Shown one piece after another: positions 57,315 through 64,000 of a DNA stretch of 64,000 nucleotides (position 1 is the stretch's first letter; each line of letters starts with the position of its first letter). Source of the stretch: Treponemataceae bacterium (GTDB lineage: Bacteria; Spirochaetota; Spirochaetia; Treponematales; Rectinemataceae); contig CAXXGJ010000038.1 in assembly GCA_963677895.2 (NCBI GenBank), forward strand, positions 373,512 to 437,511, read 5' to 3'. The notes under the pieces were generated by a model that did not search any database, was not told where the DNA came from, and saw only the letters and a list, made by a program, of their open reading frames with translations. A program made the position numbers and the translations under genes.

Positions 57315-57743
57315 TTATTCTCCTTCTATTTTGCCGATGGCGATGAAGTGATCTTCCGCGAGATCCCCAAGCGATACCGACGAGAGATAGCCGTCCACCG
57401 CGTCCTTGAGACCGAGCCAGAATTTGCGCGGCATGCAGATGGCTCCCATGGAACAGACATTCCTATCGTCGACGCACTCCACGGGCCGGACTTCGCCTTC
57501 CGTCGCCCTGACGATGTCGATCATTTTAATGTCCGAGGCTTCGCGCGACAGATGGTAGCCGCCCGAACGTCCTCTGTCCGAAATGACGATGCCCGCCAAT
57601 TTCAGTTGACTGAGGATTCCTTCAAGGTATTTGGGGGAGATCGCTTCCGCTTCGGCTATTTTCGAGGCGCTGTCGCCGCCCTTGCGGGCCAGATGCACTA
57701 AAGCCCTGATGGCGTACTGGGTTTTGACAGGGACTTGGAACAT
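57315..57743 (-). CDS. Rrf2-family transcriptional regulator (IscR-like)
   Basis: The wHTH N-terminus is TQYAIRALVHLA and the three-Cys cluster is ECVDDRNVCSMGAICMP. The protein is 142 aa and the gene is first in the nifS-nifU operon. Confidence 0.88.
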   Translation of the reverse strand: MFQVPVKTQYAIRALVHLARKGGDSASKIAEAEAISPKYLEGILSQLKLAGIVISDRGRSGGYHLSREASDIKMIDIVRATEGEVRPVECVDDRNVCSMGAICMPRKFWLGLKDAVDGYLSSVSLGDLAEDHFIAIGKIEGE

Positions 57744-57762
57744 CGAGGCTGTTTTCTCCTTA

Positions 57763-57811
57763 ATTCCTATGGGAATACTAGGAATATGCCATAGCGGAGA
57801 AAAACAGTCAA
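57763..57811 (-). promoter_or_regulatory. promoter plus 23-bp palindromic operator upstream of the Rrf2-nifS-nifU operon
   Basis: The minus strand reads TTGACT (57811-57806) -17 nt- CATATT (57788-57783). The palindrome ATTCCTA-N9-TAGGAAT (57763-57785) overlaps the -10 and the transcription start region. Confidence 0.5.
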
Positions 57812-57833
57812 GAGAAAAGACGGATAGTTCGGC

Positions 57834-59006
57834 CTATTTCAGAAGTTCCACGTGATCGAAGCCTCTCGTGCAGGAGAGTTCGTCGAACACGAAGCCATAG
57901 CCTGTGCTTCCCGCTGGCCTCGAGAAATCGCCGCCGGAGGCGATCGACTCGGCGAGTATCTTGCCCACGCCGGGCCCCATCATGAAGCCCTGGCCGCACA
58001 TCCCGACCGCCTGGAGGAAGTTTTTCGCCTTTTCTGGATAACCGATGATAGGAAGGCCGTCGGGCGTCATCGGATACATGCCGCGCCAGGTGCGCCTCAC
58101 CCTCAGGTTGCGCAGGCGCGGATAGAGTTCGAGCATGCGCCGCGCGCAGAGCGGAAGGAAGCTCGACGTGGAGCCCTTGTCCCTGCCCCATATCTGCGGC
58201 CGCGGGGTGATGCAGAAGACAACCTGTCCCGTGCCCGCCTGATAGAAATAGTAGTTGCCGGATTCGGAATCAGGCCTGATGTCCACGACCATGGGTTCCA
58301 TGAAGCGCTGCACGGGCTCGGTGACGCCCGCCTCATGGCAGTCTGGGTGGATCGGGATGTCCACGCCGGCCAGGCTGGCCAGGTCGGCGGCCTCGGCGCC
58401 CGCGGCGTTTATGAAGAGCGGAGCGCTCCAGGTTTCGCCGCCCGCCGACAGGCTCGTGACCCGATCCGCTTCCATATTCACGCTCTCGATTCTCGTGTTG
58501 AAGAAGAAATCGACGCCCGCGGCCATCGCCAGCTTGTGATAGGCCGTGCCCGCCATCAGGGGAGAGGCGAAACCGTCCCCGGGGCTGAAGGTGCCGCCGA
58601 GCAGGCCATCGCGGCGGATGCCCGGCGACAGCCTTTCCACGACATCGGGGCCGACCCAGTCTATGTCCAGTCCCGCTTCCTTCTGCAATTTCAGGAGATT
58701 GAGGAAGGAAGCGCGCGTGGCTTCGTCGTAAGCTACGTAGAGATAGCCGCCCTTCAGCCATTCGATGTCGAGACCGTGCTCTTCCTTCATGGTCGATACG
58801 ATCTTGATGGATTCTAGGCAAATCCTGATTTTGGCGGCGTCGGAGTGGGTCGCGCGCAGGCCGCCGATGGCCGCCCGGTTCTGTCCCCTGCCCCAGGAGG
58901 CTTCCTGGTCGATGACCGCCACCTTGAGACCGCGCTCGGCGAGCTGCCATGAGAGAGGGACGCCGATCGAGCCGGCGCCGGCTATCACGATATCGTATGT
59001 TTTCAC
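57834..59006 (-). CDS. FAD-dependent oxidoreductase (DadA / sarcosine-oxidase-beta / HcnC-like)
   Basis: The dinucleotide fold YDIVIAGAGSIGVPLS is present in a 390 aa protein. The GTG start overlaps the upstream stop (GTGA). Confidence 0.8.
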   Translation of the reverse strand: MKTYDIVIAGAGSIGVPLSWQLAERGLKVAVIDQEASWGRGQNRAAIGGLRATHSDAAKIRICLESIKIVSTMKEEHGLDIEWLKGGYLYVAYDEATRASFLNLLKLQKEAGLDIDWVGPDVVERLSPGIRRDGLLGGTFSPGDGFASPLMAGTAYHKLAMAAGVDFFFNTRIESVNMEADRVTSLSAGGETWSAPLFINAAGAEAADLASLAGVDIPIHPDCHEAGVTEPVQRFMEPMVVDIRPDSESGNYYFYQAGTGQVVFCITPRPQIWGRDKGSTSSFLPLCARRMLELYPRLRNLRVRRTWRGMYPMTPDGLPIIGYPEKAKNFLQAVGMCGQGFMMGPGVGKILAESIASGGDFSRPAGSTGYGFVFDELSCTRGFDHVELLK

Positions 59007-61123
59007 GGTGCCCCCCTGGAACCCGCGTCCTTGCCGCCCAGTTTGGAGAGGCCTTCGTTGACGACCTCGCCCATCGGCACTTCCATGAAGAGAGGCCGCA
59101 GCGAGCCCGGCTCGACCTCGGCGAGATTCACGCCCGCGAGCTTGAAGGCTCTTCCCACGAGCTGGGAACAGGTCTTGGCGCCGCAGGCGCCCATGCCCAC
59201 CCTCAGCGTCTTGAGCTGATTGATGTCCCTGACATCGTTTTCCTTGATGAACCGAATCAGTTCGCCCAAGGTGACGCGCTCGCAGCGGCAGACATAGGCG
59301 TCGGTGTCGACGCAGCCCGATTCGGTCACAGGCGTACCTTCCGACACTTCCGGTCCCTGGACCCTGATGCCGGCTATGCTCGACGCGTTGCGCAAGGATG
59401 TCCTGAAGGTGAGGAGCCAGGTGTTCTTCTTCGCGTTCCGTTTCCGCGATACCAGGGGGGCGCGTTCCAGGAAAGCGCCTTCCTGTCCCACCAGGTCCAT
59501 CATCGTGCCGTCGGGAAAGTCGGCGGCGAATTCCCAGGGCAGGATGACTTCGGCCGCGTCATCCGCCACTCTTCGTATGAGGCTGACGGCCAGACCGGGG
59601 CAGATCGACACGCAGGAGAGGCAGCCGATGCACTTCGTCCCGTCGAAATAGGGCAGATCGAGGAGGTTATGACGAACCGGTCTCAGCTTGATGGCCGAGG
59701 TCGGGCAGACCGTCGTGCAGGGATTGCATGGAATCTCCTCGGAACAGAAGAAGACGGGGCTCCATTTGGCTTCGGGGAGAACCGGGCTTCTCGAGAACAC
59801 GTCTCCCGGCCGCGATTTGAGGACATCGCGCTTGGGAATCCATGTCGGATCTATTTCTATCCTTTTGCCTAGCATCCTGGCCAGGGCGAAGGCCGCGATC
59901 CTGCCGCCGAACATCGCGCTGGAAGCTTCGGCGATCTCCTCGGCGTCGCCGGCCGCCACGGCGAGAATGCCGTAGCTCTGCGCCTGCCTCAGAAATTCGT
60001 CGCAGGACGCGAGGCCAGTGGCGATGAGGACGGTATCGACATCGTGGGCGACAGCGGTCCCGGGAATTGGCCTGAAATTGTCGTCCACCTTGGAGACGAG
60101 AGCCCTGGTCACCCTGCCCTGATCCGATCCCTCGCTTTCGGCCCTCAGGATCGTCGTGTTGAGGTGGATGGGAACGCCCATGCGGCGGATCTTGTCGGCG
60201 TGGACCTTGTAGCCGGTGATCCGGCCAGCCACCTCGACGATGCCCGCCACCTGAATCCCCGCCTGGAGGGCATGATAGGCGGCGATGAGGCCGACGTTGC
60301 CCGATCCTACGATGAGAAGCTTCTTGGAAGCCGCGACGAGATCGCGGTTGACGAGGGTCTGGAAGGCCCCGGCGCCGTAGACGCCGGGCAGATCGTTGCC
60401 CGGGAAGAGGATGCTTTTCTCGCGGGCGCCCGCCGCCACGACCAGGGCCGTGAACTCGACAAGGAGGTAGGAGGAGTAATCCTTGTAGACGCCCGCCTTT
60501 CTGTCCTTGAAGATGGCGACGACGGGGGCGTTCCTCAGGATGGTGACGTTGGGCAATTTTTTCAGTTTGTCTTCGAGCTTGCTGGCGATCTCGATGCCGC
60601 GAACGCCGGCGTAGCAATCTTCCTCCGAGCCGAAGAATTTGTGGGTCTGGAGCACCAGTTTGCCGCCCAACTTTTCCTTGTCGTCGGCTATGATGACCTG
60701 GAATCCCATCTTGCCCAACTCCAGGGCGGCGGAAAGGCCAGAGGGCCCTCCCCCGATCACGAGGATGTCGGTGCGTATCGTGCGTCGTTCGGCTTGCTGC
60801 AATGGGGCGTCCATGGCCGGAAGCGCGGGAAGCCCCACGAGGGTGCGTACATCCATGCCCTCCGCGAGGGGCGTGACGCATGACTTGCGGGGGATGCCAT
60901 CGATCAGGACCGTGCATTGCGAACACTGACCGTTCGCGCAGAACAGGCCCTGGGGAGCCCCGTCCTTGGGATGCAGGGAAAAGCGGGAGATTCCGAGAGC
61001 CACGAGGGAGGACGCGACGGGTTCGCCCGCTATTCCGGACGCTGGCTTTCCGTCAAAAAAAAAGCCGACTTCCTTCACCCCTTCGGGTATCGGAAGCACG
61101 GGATGCGTGACGATTCTAGACAT
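59003..61123 (-). CDS. multidomain oxidoreductase: [2Fe-2S] domain + FAD/NAD(P) pyridine-nucleotide-disulfide fold + 2x[4Fe-4S] ferredoxin + BFD-like [2Fe-2S]
   Basis: Cofactor motifs in order are CANGQCSQCTV, ILVIGGGPSGLSAA, LIVGSGNVGLIAA, CNPCTTVCP, CIGCLSCVSICP and CRCERVT...GMGACGAKTC. The ATG at 61123 is preceded by GAGGAG. Confidence 0.8.
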   Translation of the reverse strand: MSRIVTHPVLPIPEGVKEVGFFFDGKPASGIAGEPVASSLVALGISRFSLHPKDGAPQGLFCANGQCSQCTVLIDGIPRKSCVTPLAEGMDVRTLVGLPALPAMDAPLQQAERRTIRTDILVIGGGPSGLSAALELGKMGFQVIIADDKEKLGGKLVLQTHKFFGSEEDCYAGVRGIEIASKLEDKLKKLPNVTILRNAPVVAIFKDRKAGVYKDYSSYLLVEFTALVVAAGAREKSILFPGNDLPGVYGAGAFQTLVNRDLVAASKKLLIVGSGNVGLIAAYHALQAGIQVAGIVEVAGRITGYKVHADKIRRMGVPIHLNTTILRAESEGSDQGRVTRALVSKVDDNFRPIPGTAVAHDVDTVLIATGLASCDEFLRQAQSYGILAVAAGDAEEIAEASSAMFGGRIAAFALARMLGKRIEIDPTWIPKRDVLKSRPGDVFSRSPVLPEAKWSPVFFCSEEIPCNPCTTVCPTSAIKLRPVRHNLLDLPYFDGTKCIGCLSCVSICPGLAVSLIRRVADDAAEVILPWEFAADFPDGTMMDLVGQEGAFLERAPLVSRKRNAKKNTWLLTFRTSLRNASSIAGIRVQGPEVSEGTPVTESGCVDTDAYVCRCERVTLGELIRFIKENDVRDINQLKTLRVGMGACGAKTCSQLVGRAFKLAGVNLAEVEPGSLRPLFMEVPMGEVVNEGLSKLGGKDAGSRGAP

Positions 61124-61256
61124 TATTCTCCTCACAGAAAACTAAACCAGATAACGCAGGCTATAGCCACTCCGCCAGGCTGTCAAGGAAGAAAAGAGGA
61201 TCGTTTTTAGCTTGCGAATTGTAATTTGCTACTATACGATAGGTTATGGAGGCACA

Positions 61257-62438
61257 ATGATGTCAGAAACGAGGAAACACGGACGAGGGATTTTGCTCGT
61301 CACATGCCTGGCGGCAGCGATGATTCTGATTCTGGCCGGATGCAGCGGAGCCAAGGCGGGGAAGACCATCAAGATCGCCCTTCAGGCGCCGATCACCGGT
61401 GACTATGCTTACGAAGGCCAGATGGCCAAGCAGTCCGTCGAAGTGGCTGCCGAACTGATCAACAAGGCCGGAGGCGTTCTGGGCAAACAGGTGGAAATCG
61501 TCGTCGTGGACGACGGCTCCAACCCCAAGGATTCAGCCCTGGCCGCTCAGAAAGCCGTATCCCAGAAAGTGGTCGCCGTCATCGGCAGCTACGGTTCTTC
61601 GGTGACGGAACCGGCGGCCGATATCTATGAAAAAAACAAAATCGTGTCGGTTGGCTACGGCTGCACGGCCGTCAGGCTCACCATGGACAAGGACAGGAAA
61701 TTCTTCTTCAGGACCTGCGGACGCGACGACGCCCAGGGCCTGTTCTTCGGTAAATACGCCGTGGAGACGATGGGCGCCAAACGCATCGCCATAATGCATG
61801 ACAATTCCACCTTCGCGAAAGGCGTGGCCGACGAAGCCAAGAAAGCCCTCGAGCCATATATCGCGGCTGGCAAAACCGAAATCGTCTACTTCGACGCCAT
61901 CACGCCCAAGGAAAAGGATTTCTCCTCGGCGGTGACCAAGTTGCGCGAAACCAACCCGGATGTCTGGTACTTTACCGGCTATTATCCCGAAGCCGGACTC
62001 CTCATCCGCCAGGCCCGCGACGCGGGACTCAATTGCCCCTTCATCGGCGGCAACGCGGCCATCAACGACGATTTCGTGAAGATAGCCGGGCTAAACGTCG
62101 CTCAGGGCGCCCTCATGACCCAGGAGCCCCTCGTCACCGACGTGACGACGCCCATCGCCGAACAGTTTAAGGCTCTCTACGCGGAAAAATTTAAGGAACT
62201 TCCCTCCAGCCCATGGCCAGTCTACGCGGCTGACGGACTCTACGGCATAGTGGGCGCCATCGCCAAGGCCGGCAAGACCGACAGCGCGGCGATCGCCGAT
62301 GCCATGAGGACGAAGATGGACGGCGTCGAGGGCGTCACCGGCGCGGTGCTCTTCACCGAGCGCGGCGACCGCAAGGATGTGCCCTACAAGATGTACGTCG
62401 TAAGCGGCGAAGGCAAACTCGTAGTATCGGACAAGTGA
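61257..62438 (+). CDS. ABC transporter substrate-binding lipoprotein (LivJ/K branched-chain amino-acid type)
   Basis: The lipobox is LILAGC. The periplasmic binding protein type-1 pattern includes IKIALQAPITGDYA and VVAVIGSYGS. The ATG at 61257 is preceded by GGAGG. Confidence 0.85.
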   Translation: MMSETRKHGRGILLVTCLAAAMILILAGCSGAKAGKTIKIALQAPITGDYAYEGQMAKQSVEVAAELINKAGGVLGKQVEIVVVDDGSNPKDSALAAQKAVSQKVVAVIGSYGSSVTEPAADIYEKNKIVSVGYGCTAVRLTMDKDRKFFFRTCGRDDAQGLFFGKYAVETMGAKRIAIMHDNSTFAKGVADEAKKALEPYIAAGKTEIVYFDAITPKEKDFSSAVTKLRETNPDVWYFTGYYPEAGLLIRQARDAGLNCPFIGGNAAINDDFVKIAGLNVAQGALMTQEPLVTDVTTPIAEQFKALYAEKFKELPSSPWPVYAADGLYGIVGAIAKAGKTDSAAIADAMRTKMDGVEGVTGAVLFTERGDRKDVPYKMYVVSGEGKLVVSDK

Positions 62439-62541
62439 CATAGGCGGTTCGCCATAGCAAGAGCGCTATAACAAACGGCGGGTACCTGAAGGACATCGAC
62501 GCCCATCAGGCGCCCGCCTTTCGTAAGCGCGAAGGAGAATC

Positions 62542-63453
62542 GTGAACACCTTCATCGAGCAGCTCATCAATGGCCTGACTATCGGTTCCTTCTACGCACT
62601 CGTCGCCCTGGGATATTCCATGGTGTATGGCGTCATGAAGCTTATCAATTTCGCGCACGGCGACCTCTTCGCCTTCGGCGCCTATCTCGGCTATACGCTA
62701 CTCACGAGCGCCGCGGGCAAGGTCACCGCCACGCTCGGCATCTGGGGAGGCATCGCCTTCGCCGCGTGCATCGTGGCGGCGAGCGTCGCCCTGGCGGGCG
62801 TTCTCGTGGAGAGGATCGCCTACAGACCCGTCTATCCTTCGGGCAGACTCTCCCTCGTCGTCTCGGCGCTGGGCGTGGCCATCTTTCTCCAGAACTCGAT
62901 AATGGCAATCTGGGGAGCCCGGCCCCAGGCTTTCGCCGCGAGCGTCGTTCCCTCCTATCGTTTCAAGATCGCGGGCATCCCCGTCACCGAACTCCAGGTG
63001 ACGATTCTCGCCATCTCCTTCGCGCTCATGTTCATCATCTGGCTCATCGTCGAAAAATCCACCTTCGGTGCCGCCGTGAGGGCTTCCGCCCTGGACAGGG
63101 AGACCGCCACCCTCGTCGGCATCGACGTGCGCAAGGTCATTTTCTTCGTCTTCGCCCTCGGCCCGGGTTTGGGCGGCGTGGCCGGGCTCATGAACGGGCT
63201 CTATTACCGATCCATCAGCTTCAACATGGGATGGAATTACGGCCTCAAGGCCTTCACCGCGACGATTCTGGGCGGAATCGGCAACATCCCCGGCGCGATG
63301 CTCGGCGGCCTTCTCCTCGGCATCGTGGAATCCCTGCTTTCCGGCTATGTCAGCGGCGCGTGGAAGGACGTCTTCGTCTTCATCCTTCTCATCGTCACCC
63401 TCATTTTCCGGCCGACGGGACTTCTGGGCGAAAAAACGGCGGAGAAAGTCTGA
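62542..63453 (+). CDS. livH: branched-chain amino-acid ABC transporter permease (LivH type)
   Basis: GDLFAFGAY and GGIGNIPGAMLGG are present, with about 8 TM segments. The start is GTG, preceded by GAAGGAG. Confidence 0.9.
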   Translation: MNTFIEQLINGLTIGSFYALVALGYSMVYGVMKLINFAHGDLFAFGAYLGYTLLTSAAGKVTATLGIWGGIAFAACIVAASVALAGVLVERIAYRPVYPSGRLSLVVSALGVAIFLQNSIMAIWGARPQAFAASVVPSYRFKIAGIPVTELQVTILAISFALMFIIWLIVEKSTFGAAVRASALDRETATLVGIDVRKVIFFVFALGPGLGGVAGLMNGLYYRSISFNMGWNYGLKAFTATILGGIGNIPGAMLGGLLLGIVESLLSGYVSGAWKDVFVFILLIVTLIFRPTGLLGEKTAEKV

Positions 63454-64000
63454 TGAGCATAACAAAAAATATTCTGGACAGGATTCTCTCCGCCCCGACA
63501 GAGGGAGGCAAAAGGCGCATGGACCGCAGGACGATCACCCTCGCCTCGATTGCCATCCTCTTTCTCTTCCCGTTGATGCCCTTCATAGACAATTACTGGA
63601 TCGACGTGGGATTCTACTGCGGCATTTACGCCCTCCTGGGGCTTTCGCTCAATATCGTCCTCGGCGAAGTCGGGCTCTTCGATCTGGGCCACACGGGCTT
63701 CTACGCGATCGGCGCCTATGTCACCGCCATACTCAACACGCAGTTCCATCTCCCCATCCTCCTCCTTCTGCCGATAGCTGCCCTCGTTTCCGGCCTCTTC
63801 GCCTGGATCGTCACCGCTCCCGTCATCCACCTGAAGGGCGACTATCTCTGCATCGTGACGATAGGTTTGGGCGAAATCATCCGCCTCACGATGATCAACA
63901 ATCCCTTCGGACTCACGGGCGGCCCCAACGGCATCAACGGCATAGACGGGCCCAGTTTCATAGTCCCGATCGTCTCGTCCCGGCAGTTCTACTATCTCAT
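63453..64000 (+). CDS. livM: branched-chain amino-acid ABC transporter permease (LivM type), 3' end outside the window
   Basis: This ORF is not in the track because the frame stays open to the window edge. My translation from the ATG at 63453 (overlapping the livH TGA) gives MSITKNILDR...LNIVLGEVGLFDLGHTGFYAIGAYVTAIL... Confidence 0.85.
   Translation, partial: MSITKNILDRILSAPTEGGKRRMDRRTITLASIAILFLFPLMPFIDNYWIDVGFYCGIYALLGLSLNIVLGEVGLFDLGHTGFYAIGAYVTAILNTQFHLPILLLLPIAALVSGLFAWIVTAPVIHLKGDYLCIVTIGLGEIIRLTMINNPFGLTGGPNGINGIDGPSFIVPIVSSRQFYYL

Noticed and set aside
62439-62541. A GGCGGG ... CCCGCC-TTTCG structure between the substrate-binding gene and livH, considered as a terminator or attenuator.
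   Set aside because: The stem is only 6 bp with a loop of about 30 nt and a weak T-tract. It is plausible as a partial attenuator, which is common in ABC operons, but too weak to annotate.

Overview
This is 64 kb of a high-GC bacterial chromosome (about 60% G+C by eye). It is densely packed with about 60 protein-coding genes. I found no rRNA, tRNA, CRISPR array, transposase or integrase. The gene content fits a Spirochaetota-like organism: a complete V/A-type ATPase operon, HtrA and SurA-like envelope genes, many lipoproteins with relaxed lipoboxes, Rrf2-NifS-NifU, AsnRS and TldD/PmbA. That assignment is inference only.

Gene blocks, left to right:
- smpB-rsmD, a TPR protein and rlmN.
- An MrfA/MrfB-like helicase-exonuclease pair on the minus strand.
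- glgC, then a minus-strand housekeeping run: a phosphoribosyltransferase, htrA, map, nusB, a SurA-like PPIase and a J-domain protein.
- A nine-gene V-type ATPase operon with a universal stress protein gene overlapping its last cistron.
- A glycolytic cluster, gap-pgk-(cysE)-tpiA-secG-ptsN.
- PBP1A and an FtsB-like gene.
- A block of hypothetical envelope genes: a HExxH lipoprotein, a beta-barrel protein and an Asp-box lipoprotein.
- rarA.
- A 1.6 kb low-GC two-gene islet (cysteine hydrolase plus WYL/YafY regulator).
- folC and a DUF445 protein.
- A small barrel-like protein with a caspase-like lipoprotein, then pmbA-tldD.
- asnS, a DD-carboxypeptidase and a cluster-less MutY-like glycosylase.
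- Rrf2-nifS-nifU.
- A two-gene multi-cofactor FAD dehydrogenase, divergent from a Liv-type amino-acid ABC transporter.

Most notable observations:
- Conserved genes show four frame disruptions: tpiA, pgk, rarA and the gene after rarA. These are either assembly indels or real lesions.
- cysE sits between pgk and tpiA, with its own terminator upstream.
- The low-GC WYL-regulator/hydrolase islet looks horizontally acquired.
- The barrel-like protein and caspase-like lipoprotein form a translationally coupled pair.
- Several clean palindromic operator candidates lie in intergenic regions.

I did not find a self-evident new multi-gene system. The best candidates are listed below with modest scores.
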